In this document: piece by piece, positions 39,395-53,020 of the stretch
Numbering within the stretch: position 1 is the stretch's first letter
Layout of the letters: every line of letters begins with the position of its first letter
Assembly: GCF_036321535.1 (NCBI RefSeq)
Contig: NC_087437.1
Location: forward strand, 13,022,001-13,086,000
DNA length: 64,000 nucleotides
Source of the DNA: Camelus dromedarius
Taxonomy: Eukaryota
Reading direction: 5' to 3'
The notes under the pieces: model-generated
What the model was told of the DNA's origin: nothing
Seen by the model: the letters and a program-made list of their open reading frames with translations, nothing else
Databases searched by the model: none
Program-made: the position numbers and the translations under genes

Positions 39395-40650
39395 ACCAGG
39401 AGGACATTTTAGATGGCATTTAACTGAACACAAGAAGGATCAACCATTCACAGAGCTTGCTGGAGTGCTAACGACGTGAGCCTCTGTGACTAGGTTCACG
39501 CCATACAGGCCACCAGGACTTCATCATAACAGTCACCTGGCCAATTGTAAGATGCTGCTCAATTTCCGAGATCTAAAGTGAGAAAAAAATGTGCATCTTG
39601 GTCTTAAGAAATGTTGTCATTCCTTCAGTATTTTACCTTTCATGTTCTGGAATTCCCTGTCAGTTCTCTTCTCTCTAGAATCTGTTCCTTGTTTTTCATA
39701 AACACTTCATATTCAGTGAGTTCTCAACATATGGACTTATTCTTCTTAATAGCTTAATTTAAGAGCTATATTTAAGCTCTTGAATTTAAGAGCGATATTC
39801 TTTTTGTGGTCATTGATTCAGGAATTCAAGTAAAAGGAAATGGATAATTTAGTATTGAATTGCAAATTAAAAGCAACCTGTGTAGGTGTAATTTTGGTAC
39901 ACAGATCAAGTCCTCTTACCATAGAATAATCTAATCTGTGCAAACAAATGGAATCCTAAAGGTGCTAAGTGAGTGAGAGCTGTGGCTGTGCGGAGGGAGG
40001 GTGGTGGCGGGGTAGGGGGTGGAGGGGCGGGCGGGGGGAGTGCAGAGACCCAATCCATGGATTAACCCAACTTCTATATCTCAGAGAGAAGGCTGGAGTG
40101 GGGGGTTTTTCTCAGTAGGATATAGCAGCTAATTTGGGTTGTATTATTTTATGTAGAAGTTCAAACTTTAACATTTAGAATGACTGTTGCAAATACCAGA
40201 TTCTGCCATATCCAGAGTGTGTATGAAAATATACACTTTGTTTCTTTCACTAAACAGCCACCTCTGCATCCCCTTGTTGTCCTTATTTATTTCCTCTAAG
40301 GCTCCTGGGAAAAAACACGCCTTTAAAAATATGTATGCAAGTTAAGAGAATATTATGAAGCTATCACAGAGAACAATAATCCTTAGACAAGAGATTTCAG
40401 CTTTTGCCAACTTGAGAACAATGAGTAATTTTCTTCTCTGCACTCTCATTGGGGTGAAATGTTCCCCTTACAAAAGCTGTCCCCAAACTGTAATTAAGCA
40501 AATATCTTCTCACTTCCAGCCTTGAATTTTTTCTTTGTCTTCTGGACTCTGTTTGAATGAGATTATTTTCAAATGCATTCAGTTCTCTGTCCCAGTGTCC
40601 AAAACTCCATCACCCTTTGACTTCTTTGTGCATCTAATCCATTCAGATAC

Positions 40651-40900
40651 TGTGTCACTTAGAAGCTTTTGCTGGCAGTTAAAACAAAATGGGAGTCAAA
40701 TGGCTTCAACAATAGAAGAAGCCAATGTGTCATTGGCTCACATTACCAAAAAGTCCAGAGGTGAGGCAGGTCTCGAGCATGGTTTGTTAAGAGTCCTATT
40801 ATCTTTCTTTGTGATTTCAACATTTCGCTTTCCTACGTTGGCTTTCTGATCCCTCATGGTCACAAGATGGCAGCCAGGAGAGGGCAGTTGTCTACAGCTT
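40651..40900 (-). mobile_element. Old MaLR LTR fragment (MLT1J/K-like)
   Basis: caaatggcttcaacaata...ttggctcacattaccaaaaagtccagaggtgaggcagg...ctcatggtcacaagatggcagc. Confidence 0.6.
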
Positions 40901-40980
40901 CTGGGCCAAGCTGCTGAGTAGCACTCAGACTGGACTGAACTGTCCAAAAGTAAATCTTTTGTCTAAGATAAATAAATACC

Positions 40981-41578
40981 TACAAGACAATAACCAAGAC
41001 ATGGAAAGAACCTAAATATCTATCAGTGGAGGAATGGATAAAGCAGATGTGGTGCATATATACCAGGGAATATTCAGCCATGAGAAAGAAGTGAATCCTG
41101 CCATTTGCAACAACATGGATGGAACTTGAGGGCATAATGCTAAGTGAAACAAGCCAAGTGAAGAAAGACGAATGCTGCATGGTATCACTGACATGTGGAA
41201 TTTGGTGGAGAAAAAGTTAAACTCATAGCAACAGAGAAGAAAAGTGTCACAGACTTGGGGGTGAGGGTGGGTAAAATAGGGAGAGGTTTTGGCTATGAGA
41301 TAAATAAGATCTGAGGATCTAACGTAAAACATGGTGCCTATAGTTGATAACACTCTACTGTATAATTGAAATTTGATGATAGAGTAAAACTTAAATATTC
41401 TTACCACCCCACCCCAAGAAAAAGATAAATATGTGAGGTGATGAATGTGTTAATTAACTTGATGGGAGAAATCCTTCCACAGTGTATATTTACATCAAAT
41501 CACCACAATGTACATTTTAAATATCTTAAAATTTTATTTATCAATTATACCCCAGTAAAACTGAAATTAAAAAAAAAG
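40981..41578 (+). mobile_element. Older L1 (L1MA-like) 3' end
   Basis: atcctgccatttgcaacaacatggatggaacttgagggcat...tatgtgaggtgatg...tcaattataccccagtaaaactg, then an A tail. Confidence 0.88.
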
Positions 41579-41581
41579 ATG

Positions 41582-42498
41582 AATGGCCAATAGACATATG
41601 AAAAAAATGCTCAGTATCATTAATTATCAGAGAAATGCAAATCAAAACTGCAGTGAGGTATCACCTCACACCAGTCAGAATGGCCATCATTCAAAAGTCC
41701 ACAAATGACAAATGCTGGAGAGGCTGTGGAGAAAAGGGAACCCTCCTACAATGCTGATAGGAATGCAGTTTGGTGCAGCCATTCTCGAAAACAGTATGGA
41801 GATTCTTCTAAAAACTAAAAATAGACCTACCATATGATCCAGCAACCACACTCCTGGGCATATATCCAGAGGGAACTCTAATTTGAAAATATACCTGCAC
41901 CCCGATGTTCATAGCAGCACTATTTACAATAGCCAAGACATGGAAGCAACTTAAATGTCCATCGACAGATGACTGAATAAAGAAGCTGTGGTGTATTTAT
42001 ACAATGGGATACTGCTCAGCCATAACAAAGAATAAAATAATGCCTTTTGCAGAAACATGGATGGACCTCGAGATCATCATTCTAAGTGAAGTAAGCCAGA
42101 AAGAGAAGGAAAAATACCATATGATATCACTTATATGTGGTATCTTAAAAAAAAAAAAAAGGGACACTATGAACTCATCTACAAAACAGAAACAGACTCA
42201 CAGACTTAGTAAACAATCTTATGGTTACGGGGGAAAGGGGGTGGGAGGGGATAAATCTGGGAGTTTAAGATTCACAAATGTTAGCCACTATATATAAAAA
42301 TAGATTTTAAAAGTTTGTCTTGTATAGCATAAGGAACTATGTTCAATATCTTGCAATAACCTTTAATGGAAAAAATATGAAAATGAATATATGCATGTAT
42401 ATGCATGACTGGGACATTGTGCTGTACACTAGAGATAGACACATTATAATTGACTGTACATCAATGAAAAATAAAAATAAATAAATAACAAAAAAAAA
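41582..42498 (+). mobile_element. Younger L1 3' end inserted at the A tail of the preceding L1
   Basis: aatggccaatagacatatgaaaaaaatgctc... ORF 42004-42297 contains KNKIMPFAETWMDLEIIILSEVSQKEKEKYHMISLICGI. Lineage-type 3'UTR and A tail. Confidence 0.92.
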
Positions 42499-44850
42499 TG
42501 TAACTGGTTTATCTGGAAAATTACTTTTGACAAAGGAGTTGAGGTGTCTCTGGTTTGCTCCGTGAGATCATGCCCAGGGGCTGGGGTTGGGGGGGTAGAC
42601 CTGATATCTGGGGGTTACCACAATGCATGCTTTAGGCTCATGATTATTTTACTTTCTCCTTTGAATATTTTTTCTCATACTCTGAAATTTTCTCCTGATT
42701 CTTTTTTCACACTACTAAAACCTTTAACTTCTCTCCAATTTTCATCCATTACATTTCTTACCACTTGGGTCTTGCGATAATAACGAGTATTCTAGCTAGG
42801 ATTCTTTCATCCCCCAATCAGACTTTGACCTGCTGACTTTGTCCCCTGCCATTTTAGTCTTGTTATCAGCTTAATCAACTGACTTCAAAAGAAAGCAGGT
42901 TCCGTTTCTCCTACCATGGGAGCACGCAAGGAAGATGAAAAGCAGAAAGCAAATCTTGATTGCTTTTTTTTCATGCTCCTTCTCACGTTTCAGACACAGT
43001 GCAGAGCAGGAGGCACGATGGGCACATCTCAGCAGCCCACTGCCCCTTAAGAACCCAGCCAAGGATGCTTCCACAAGTGTGCCCTGGGCTGCGAGTGAGA
43101 TAGAGAAATAGGTTCTGTCCATTCTCAGGGTGTCTGGGAGAGAGAGCCAGGGGGTTTGCTCATCTCATAAAATATTCAAGTGAAGTAAAAATTGTTAAGG
43201 ATGGCCAAGACCTCAGGGGCTACTCTGGGAAAACAAATAGAATCTAAAAATCTTGTCAAATTATATTACTCAGTGCCATTACATTCTTAAATTTTGAATA
43301 TATCATTTGTCCTTAAATAAAAACATGTTGTACCCTTCTTGTACCTTAATCCTGGCAGGCTTTCATCAGTTGGGGACCTGGTGACCATGCTTTTATGAGA
43401 ATCCTATAAGCCATCCAGTGGAGCCGAATGGATTATTTATCTTATTATAAACATTACCAGCCGTATTGTTCTTTTCAGACTAAAAACTCAATGAGTCCAA
43501 ATTTAATCCCTTTTTAATTTAGTATTTTTTTTATCAGAGTAATATATGTACATAGTTTTGAAATCAAATAATATTGCAAATCTAATAATGCAATACCCTC
43601 AAATCTTCCCATTCTCACCTCTGTGTCTAGCTAACATCAGCGCTTAGATTTTCTTTGGATATTTACCTCCACGTGTAATAGAATTATACTGCTACCTTTT
43701 GGTTTTCTATTGAGAGAACTTAGTTTTCTTACCTACTGTTCTTAACCCAGACTGAGACACATACATGTTCTCTCTTTGTCCCTCTCACTGTGTCTCCCTC
43801 CTCACCTCTCCTAATACAGCATAGTCAGATCACAGTGTTAGTTAAATCAATATCGTGCTTCCATTATTATATCTCTAAATATGACTCCCAGCTGAGCCAA
43901 ATTGCATAACATGATTGCACTTCCCTTCTTCTATCCCCAGTTATGTTCTCCTGGAGTTTCAATAATTCCTCCATTTTTCCTGTTGCTTAATCTTTTGCTG
44001 TCACGACTTCTGTGCTTCCCGACCCCCACCCTGTCCCTGCCCTTGGTGTAAAACTTCTCCCCAGCCCAGCCCAGCAGCCACCTGTCACCTCTGTTGTCTC
44101 CGAGGAGGTCTGTGCAAGTCCCGCGTCCTCCTCCTCCATCTGGGACGGGTCTCCGCAGCTGCTGCACAGCTGTTGTCCAGGGCCTTCTTTTCTCTGATGC
44201 TGGGATCCCTAGGGGAGCAAAATATTAACATTATCTTGGAAAGTAAATGGATTTTTTCAAAACTCTGTCCCTGTCACTTTTGATGGTTATTGGAAAGGCT
44301 CAAGACCTAGAAATGAATATTAAAGGCATGTTTTATGAGAGAGAATGCAGGGTGCATAGTTGAAACCAACAACAACAACAAAAAACCCATATTATGCTTT
44401 TCCATATTAAGATAGCTTGTTGACCATTTATCTTTAGTATTTCTATTGGGTTTATCCAAGTGTATTTCTCTTTTATTCTTCCTTCCAATTTTTCTTTAAT
44501 GCTGTCTACCCACCTTCTTTTATATAATTTCTGTGATCTATTTTATCTTTCCAAGGTCGCAAGCTTACCATACATGTTTTACACTCCTTTAAACTTTTCA
44601 ACCTTTGATTAAATTAGTGAAGCTAAAAATTAAGGGAAAGTGTGATTAAACAACTGTTCATCTATGCATACAATTAATATAAATATTTTCTGGACTATAT
44701 TGAGTTCAAAATAGCATGTGCTTAATTAAGCACAATATCAACACTCCAAGCTTAATTTAAAAAATTTAAAAAGATACGTATACTCAGAAATGCATACATC
44801 CTTATAAAGTTATTCCTGTCACCTATTAATGTTAATATCTATCAATCTGC

Positions 44851-45128
44851 TTATTTTTAAATTGAAGTATAGTTGATTTACAATGTTGTGTTAATTTCTG
44901 GTGTGCAGCATAGTGATTCATTTGTGTGTGTGTGTGTGTGTATTCCATTTCATATTCTTTTTCATCATAGGACATTACAAGGTATTAAATAGAGTTCCCT
45001 GTGCTATACAGTATGACCTGTTATTTACCTGTTTCATTTACAGTAGTTAGTATCTACAAATCCCAAACTCCCAATTTATCCCACCCTACCCCCTTTCCCC
45101 TCTGGTAACCATAAATTTGTTTTCTATC
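44851..45128 (-). mobile_element. Short L1 3'UTR insertion with TSD
   Basis: attgaagtatagttgatttacaatgttgtg...ctggtaaccataaatttgt. TSD atctatcaat (44837-44846 / 45132-45141). Internal (TG)n. Confidence 0.88.
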
Positions 45129-46829
45129 AGCATCTATCAATTAACTGATTTGATTTTAAGAGTATCACTGTTTGTTTACCAGTCCGTGGACTGAAGTGCT
45201 CATCTGAAGTCCGCCCTAGCTGAGCTGACCTAAGTACACCTAACACACAGCAGTGCATACAGATGTACAGACGCGGAGAGGGAGACTTGGTAGGGAGCAC
45301 ACTGATGGAGCATTTCCCACGTGCTGGACACTCTTTTAACTGCTGTCTCTATGTTAACATAACGAGCTCCTATAACCTTATGGAATAGATATTGCTATGG
45401 CCTCTGTTTTAAAAACAGAACTGATGTCTAAGTGACTTGTTCAAAGCCACACAGCTACTAAAATGGTAGAGCCAGTGCGCTAATCCCAATGGGCTGACTT
45501 GCATCAGGAACCCAGCACATCACATCAGAGCATGTGCTGGGGCAAGACAGGAACCTGAGCCTCCTGACTAGGTCCCATCCACCGAGCGCTAATTTTCAAG
45601 CATTGCATTACAACTCATGTATATGTGAGCACTCTTTTACATGTCTTTTGGTAACATAGGCACACACACCAGACAGTGAAATCATTAATTCATATGGTAA
45701 AGGTGCATTCCAATTTGGTAAATGATGCTAAAGCTTACCCAGAATACTAACTCACTCTCCTTTCATCAGCAGTATTTGAGATTTCCGGTCAGGCCCCACG
45801 CTTGTCAACAGTTGATACCGATTTGTCAACAACTGATTTACAATATCAATGTAAAATGTGCTTCTCATTTTAGCCGTTTTGGTAGATTCTCAATGGTGTC
45901 TCATCAGACTTTCAATTTGCATTTCCCTGCTGCCTAATGAATTGAACACCTTTTCATATGTCCCTTGGCCACATGGATTCCTGCTTTTGTGAAGTGTTTG
46001 TTCTACTCTTTGGCCTATTTTTTCATTTTGGTTCCCAGGTTGACGACATTCTAGAGAATACGTTATAATCTGGGGCCATATTTTTAAGAATATGGAACAA
46101 TCCCACTACTGTAGAGATTTTACCCATATGTATTTGTTGCAGCTTATTGAGTATAACAGAGTGGTTCCACAAAGTTCCCTAGGGGAAAAAATGCCTCTCC
46201 ACCTTCCTCCAGAAATTAAAAGCTCTCATAAACAATACATATTTTTGGCAAGTGGTACTGAACACCTGGCATGTTAGTGGGGCATTTTCTTCTATCCCCA
46301 TGGCCATATGCTCCCAGGTGACAACTTTGAGAATGCTTACCTCTTGGGCAAATGCTGACCTGTCACCGCTTGACATATGGTGAGTGGTAGGCGGACTCTT
46401 GCCCCCCCCCAGGGCACCTGCTCCCCTCCGCTTTCCTGGAGAGGGCAGCATGCTTCTGGGCATTTGCCTACCGAAGCCTTACAGCAGTGACGCTTGCCTT
46501 CCTAAGAGGGCAAGAAGCCCAGCCCTTGTCAATGGCTGTGCCAGAATTCCTTTACATGGCACCAACTGGGAAATGACCTTACAAAACCAGAGGTTCAAGT
46601 ATTGTTTTATCATTAAAAGGCAGGAGTGGAAATAATGGGGACATTGGGGACATTGGTGGTAAATATATATGAGTTGCCCAAGCTCTGTGAAGACATTTCC
46701 TTATCGGTGAAATGGGGAAAATTATACAGGACGGACTTTTCAAGGTTGTTGTAAAGACAGAGCTAATGCATGCAATGTGCCTAATCTGGGGGAAGTATTC
46801 CAACGGTGAACAAAGGGGTAAGCCTTGTT

Positions 46830-47070
46830 TCGGTGACCTGCGGTGCACTGCAGACCACACCAACACTTAGTGGCCTCAGAAGTCCTCAAAAAGCCAGAGT
46901 CAAGGCGTTGGCCAGCTAGCATTTACCTGGAGGCTTGAGGGGAACATCTGTTTCCAAGTTCGTTCAGGTTGTTGGCAGAATCTGTTTCACTGTTTCCTTG
47001 TTGGCCATGCACAGGGGGCTACCCACGGCTTCTAGAGGCAGCTGCCCCTCTGTCTTCCAACCAGCAAGAG
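46830..47070 (-). mobile_element. MLT1 (D/E-like) fragment
   Basis: tcaaggcgttggccag...ctggaggcttgaggggaacatctgtttccaag...tcaggttgttggcagaat. Confidence 0.6.
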
Positions 47071-47379
47071 CTCACTGAGTCCCTCCCGGGCTTCAGATTG
47101 CTCTTCTTCTTTTACTGGGAGAGGGTTGGGCTTGATCGTATAGGCAAGGCGGAAGTGGAAGCCAGCCCGTGCCTCTTAGACTGCGTCAGTGTGCCCAGTG
47201 AGCTCTCGCCCGCTGTATCTGTATCTCTGTGCCTGAGGACGTTTCTGGAGCCTAGAAAGGCTGCTCAGCCTGTGTGTGAAATTCAAAAACTGTAGACTTG
47301 AGTCTCATTCGCCATTGTTTGAGCAGCCCTCAAGCTCTGACCGATCGTAGTGTGTAAGTACCTCGGACCCCGTATGGAG

Positions 47380-47830
47380 TATATCAGTTTCCTAGGACTT
47401 CCATCACAAAAGACAATAAACTGGGAGCCTTAAAACAACAGAAATTTAGTCTTCACAATTCCGGAGGCTGCAAGTTCAAGATCAAGAAGTTGGTGGGGCT
47501 GTGCTCCCTCTGAGACTCCAAGTAGGAACCTTTCTTGCCCCGTCCCCACTTCTGCTGGTTGCCAGTAACCCTGGGCATTCTTAGGCTTGTAGCATATCAC
47601 TCCCACCTCTGTCTCCATCTTCACATGACATTCTTCCTTGTATCTTCGTATCGTCTTCTTGTAATGACACCAGCTCTATTGGATCAGTGGCCCACCCTAC
47701 TCTAGTATGGCTACATATTTACTAATTACACCTGCAATGACCCTATTCCCAAATAAGGTCACCCTCTGAGGTACTGGGGTTAGGACTTCAGCATCTCTTT
47801 TAGGGGACATAATTCAACTTAAGCGTAACA
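47380..47830 (-). mobile_element. MaLR LTR, MLT1C-like
   Basis: atcagtttcctagg...ttaaaacaacagaaattta...ccaaataaggtcaccctctgaggtactggggttaggacttca...taaca. Confidence 0.9.
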
Positions 47831-49150
47831 CTGAAGGTGGGAAAATTCTTTGATATGAATATTGTACTGGTTCCCGGAGTTTCTCCCTAGGAGTAAGGTC
47901 TGGTCACACAGGGAGGTAGCTTCCTTTAGAACCCTCTTGTCTGCTGCCTTCCCCTACCCCATCACTTCATACTCCCCTGTAGGAGTTTTCTTTGTGTCCT
48001 AAATAACCTTCCTACACTCGAGTCCTTATCTCTGAGGTCCTGAATGTAAATAATTTTTTTCTGGGGGAAACCAAACAAACATAACAGAAATAATGAAGAT
48101 TTTTTATGGTTTACTGACACGTCCAAAATTCACCTTTTGGACTTTGGTCGATACTGTAACAATGTTTGGGGGTCTTATGGGTGGCACTTAGGGTTTACCA
48201 GAGTTCAGCAGAAGCTGAGTGATGCCATGTTAATTTTCATGCTGGACCGGATAGAGAAGAAACGGATCCTGTTGGCACACAGGATGGTGTCTTGCTTTCT
48301 GTAAATCCTATCGGTACTTGCTTCTCAAGTTCTGGTTAGAACCAGAAGGTTGCATGTCTCCATCAAGCACACTGACAAACAGCTTTGAGTCCTTAATTGT
48401 ACTATCCAAGATTTATACTGTTTATAAAAACAGTCCTGTAGACATTTGGCTGTGGTTAATTTAAGGAGCAGGCCTCTCTGTGGATTAGCCTCAGGGTTTC
48501 TTGTCATCTTAGCCTAAGGATTCCTAAACTTGTAATTTCCAAAAAAAAATGTTCTGTGTTGCAGTCCCTCTATCAATTTAATTTGATGTTTATTAAATAT
48601 ACTGCAAGGAGTTGTTATTTCAAAGCAAGAAAACAGAAAACAAATTCTTACTCCTTTACAAAAAGCAACCACAATAAAAACAAGAATAACCATTGCACTA
48701 TCAAAGACGGTCACAGTGTGAAATCAAAGTGTGGAGCGTGAAGGGTGAATAAAGGGCACAGTGAGGTTACTTCCACAGCTCAGTCTTCGTCCCCTGTGCT
48801 GTCAGAGAATTTCTCAGTAATCATCATGAGTGAACGGTCATAAATCCCTTTCACGTCTGAGGAATCATTTGTGACAACCTTGAAACTAAGATCCAGATAG
48901 GCAAAGAAATATGTAGGCTGTCCTTTGACCCTGTGTGATGGTTCTTTGTGATTTGTTTAGCAGCCAAATCCTTGAGAACGTGCCCCCTACCCCACTGTCT
49001 TCTTAGGCCGCTCTCCAGCCAGGAATGAAGCCTGTGCCCATCAGGTCATGTCTGTCTGGGCATGGCATCTGAGATCATGAGCTCCACCTTTTTCCAGGTG
49101 TGCAGCCTTGGCATTGAACAGGAGTGAAGGGCCCACAAAGTTTAGTTTCT

Positions 49151-49761
49151 TTTTTTTTTTCAATTGAAATACAATCAGTTACAATGTGTCAATTTTTGGT
49201 GTACAGCGAATTGCCCCAGTAGTACACATGTATACATATATTCGTTTTATATTCTTTTTCACTAAAGGTTATTACAAAATATTGAATACAGTTCCCTGTG
49301 CTATACAGAAGAAATTTATTTTTAAAATTTATTTTATATATAGTAGTTAACATCTGTAAATTTCAAACTCCCAGATCTATCCCTTCCAACCCCATTTCCC
49401 TGGTAACCATAAAATTGTTTGCTATCTCTGTGATTCTGTTCCTATTTTGTAGATGAGTTTATTAGTCTTTTCTCTTTTTTTAAGATTCCACATATGGGTG
49501 ATATCATGTCATATTTTTCTTTTTCTTTCTGGCTTACTTCACTTAGAATGATGACCTCTAGGTCCATCCATGTTGCTGCAAATGGCATTATTTTATTCTT
49601 TTTTATGGCCGAGTAGTATTCCATTGTATAAATATACCACAGCTTCTTTATCCAGTCATCTGCCGATGGACATTTATGTTGCTTCCATGTCTTGGCTATT
49701 GTATATAGTGCTGCTATGCACACTGGGGTGCAGGTATTTTCGGATTAGAGGAACTCTAATT
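49151..49761 (-). mobile_element. 5'-truncated L1 with micro-inversion and TSD
   Basis: ORF 49442-49723(-) contains WIKKLWYIYTMEYYSAIKKNKIMPFAATWMDLE. TSD caaagtttagtttct (49136-49150) / caaagttcagtttct (49762-49776). Confidence 0.93.
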
Positions 49762-50356
49762 CAAAGTTCAGTTTCTGATGAAATGTGCTGTTTCTCTGCT
49801 ACCCTGGCTTACAGCTCACGCTCTTGTTGTGTCCTGTGTTGTGTTCCTGCAGTGGTTCATTTATATATATATCCTCAGCTCCTTGCCTGGTCTTACCCAT
49901 AGGACATGCACAATATATGTTTGCTAAATAAATTAATTGCTTAGAAATCTCCTGAGGCCAGGTATATGACAGAAGATAAAACCCTGAGGAGTGAGCTTAG
50001 AGCTGAATACATACACATAAAAGATGAGGCTGACCACCCAGGAAAACGAGCCACATAATCAGATGCTAAGGATCATGAGTATGCATAAAGGGAATATGGA
50101 AATAGCTCCTAAAGAGTCATGGCTTTGTCTAAGTCCCTTTTACTGGAGACGTGCTTGAGAGCTGACTCTGATCACTTCAGGTGGGCAAATGATGGCATTC
50201 TCTTAACAAGTGATCTGGGGAGTGATGAAGAAATAAAAAAAGGAAATAAGGTCTTAGGAAATATGTTTCACCCAGTAGTAAGGGATACAATGTATCAAAC
50301 AGAGCTCAATTCCTAGTGGAGGTTGTTCTCAAAAAAGCATCTGTTTTACCTGCTGA

Positions 50357-50379
50357 TGTGTGTGTGTGTGTGTGTGTGT
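50357..50379. repeat. (TG)n microsatellite
   Basis: About 11 TG units. Confidence 0.9.
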
Positions 50380-51619
50380 TTAATTAACTGTTAACACTGC
50401 AGTAGACAATTCTAGGGCCGACACCGCATCAGGCATGGGATGACTGTCACGTCCCTGGCGTGCTCTTCGAGTGGGATGCTTGCTGGTATTACTCAAGGAG
50501 CAACACTAGGTTGTCCAGAGTCAGAGCCATCCTGGGCACGAGACAGCGCTCTGCTGGCAGTGGCTGCAGGTCAGGCAGAGAGACCCATTTTTTCCCGGGT
50601 TAACAAATAAAGCAGGTGGCTAGCATTTTGCCTTGAATGTTAAAGAGGCAAAGCCTCTGTAAAGATTAGAGTGAAAGTTACACGGTTACAGGTGCCAAAA
50701 CCAAGGATTATTTCAAATAATGAACAAAATCCTGAAACAGTACAACGGCTGCTGTGGGTTACGGCTCCCACCCCGTGCCCTCTGCTGCGTGGACGTCACA
50801 GGTGAGCCTCAGCACGAGGCCGTCAAAGAGCTGAGCCCACGTTTCAGAGACGAGAAAATAGATGTGAAATATGTTCCAGATCATAAACTGGTAAGAGGCA
50901 AAACAAGGATTCTAAATGAGAATCTGATGAACCGAAGTCTTTGCAGGACACGCTGTGTAGTGTCTAAGGACAGAAAAGAGTCAGACAAGGCTCTATTTGA
51001 TGGGTCATCAAATGCTTGCCAAATGGAAGAAGAGTCCAAACCAGAAAATTATCCCAGTGGAAGTTCAGGGTCATTATCAGGTCCCTAGGGGGAAGCAATC
51101 CAGAACTGGTATTTGAGTCCACTGAATATTCTTATGCTTGCAAATTAATAACTCTATTTTTATCACCTAGGGAATGCATACAGGTAAAGAATCTCCTCTT
51201 TCAGGTCTTATCACAGACACTGGGGATCCAACACGGTCGTTTCCAGAGCAGGCAGACCCTTGGACCAGCAGATGCTGATGCGGATGGGGTCAGAACGAGG
51301 CTGAGCCCTCTGCAGATGCTTTCAGTGAGCAAAAGCTGCCGTCCTCAAGGAACGTTCACTCGATGAAAACCAGCTGTAAACCTATGAGAACAGGCCAGAC
51401 TCATCCCATTTTTGCACGAACTCCTGCAGTTTGTCACACAACTACCTCCCAAGGCTGCAAGTTTATAAGGGACATGTAGCTGCTCTTGTACCCCACATGT
51501 GTCATTTGAGGAGGATGTGACAAGGTAGAGAAATGCTCAGAAAGACTTTATAAAAAGAGTTGGCATTAAAACAAGTGAAATTAGTACCTCTGACCACGTC
51601 AGGGAGACCACACTTTAAA

Positions 51620-51825
51620 ATCAGTATCCTCATTTGGATGTGCGGTCACTGCAGATGTCATTAGTAAGATGAGGTCACTCATTTGGATGTGCGGTCACTG
51701 CAGATGTCATTAGTAAGATTAGGGTGGGCCCCTAATCCTCCCTGACTGATGCCGTTATTAAAATGGGGGCTGTGGACACAGACACGCACACAGAGAGATC
51801 ACAGTGTGAAGATGAAGGAAGGACT
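51620..51825 (+). mobile_element. MLT1 LTR fragment with an internal 42-bp duplication
   Basis: tgcagatgtcattagtaagatgaggtca...ttagggtgggcccctaatcc...ggacacagacac...tgtgaagatgaagg. Confidence 0.75.
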
Positions 51826-52419
51826 CATGAAAACCATTCTGTTTCTGGACATCAACTGCTCACTGGCTACGTCTGGAGGAGGGTTCCTCTTCCCACTGCC
51901 AGGGCAGGAGACTACAAGTCTCTCTCAACCTGGCTTTGGCAGTTAGCAGACCCCACTCGGTGAGCAGCAGAAAACAAAAAGTGTCTGTAATCGAGCTAGA
52001 AGGAGCGAGGCCAAGTCTGAACTTACCCGAGGGGATCTTCAGAAAGGGCAGAATGAAAGCAAAGGTATGCAAATAGAGCCAGGCAGGCAGCGGGAAGGAT
52101 TAAATGTTGCTATTTGAATGCAGAAACCTCTTCATGTTTAATAAGTACTCAGAGATCCGAGAAGGAAAGTTTCAGACAAAACAGTTATAAACAGTATCCC
52201 ATCTAAGCCACTGGCACCCCGAGGCCAGCGCTGGGTCCCTGTATTTATACTAGTACAAGAGCTCTTGCTTTGATTTCTGGTCCAGCGTCTTAGTTTGTCC
52301 AGGCATTGGCTGCTAACTTGCACTGTCGCACCTACTCAGTGCTCACTGCGACCCCTTTCTGCTATTAGCATCCTTAAGGGGCCATTCTGCCCCCCGCCCC
52401 ATGTTAATTTAGATGCTTT

Positions 52420-52872
52420 GGGTGAAATTGGTCTGTTCCTTGCTCCCAGATCCAGAAGTGACATGGTTGCAGACCTGATCCCTTGGCGTGGTCCACAAAT
52501 TGTCAGTTTCCTAACTCTGATTAGTCAGGCGATAAGGCAAGCTGGTACAGAGACTCAGTCGTGAGAATTTTTTTTCCCTAGAACTATTGAGAGAGAGAAG
52601 CTCCCTTCCTGTCAGGGTTGGTTTCTACGCTGGTTGGATATAGACCTGGAGTGGTGGGGCTTTGACACCATGCGGAGGGGTGATCATTCAGGAAAGTGGA
52701 GTCCAGCAGTGGGGAGAAACAGTCCTGATGGCATTATTTGAGCTTCTAGAGTCTCACATGCCTGAAGCTGGCGTCTCTCTGGGCTTTTTAGGCCCTAGTC
52801 TAATAGATTATCTTTTATTGCTCAAGCCCCTTTGGATTAGGCCACTTTCAACTAATGGGATACTGATGGATA
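52420..52872 (+). mobile_element. Old MaLR LTR (MLT1K/L-like)
   Basis: agaaacagtcctgatggcattatttgagcttctaga...catgcctgaagctgg...ttgctcaagccc. Confidence 0.5.
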
Positions 52873-53020
52873 TCCTTCTCAAGTCTTTTCTAGGAAAGAG
52901 AGTGTCCCTAAACCTCAGCCGTCCTGCCTGGGTCCTGCTGTCAGACCTCTGTGATTCCGAGGAGCTCCCTACATCATCCTTACAATGATGTAAAGGACCA
53001 GCATCCCTGGTCCTTTACAT

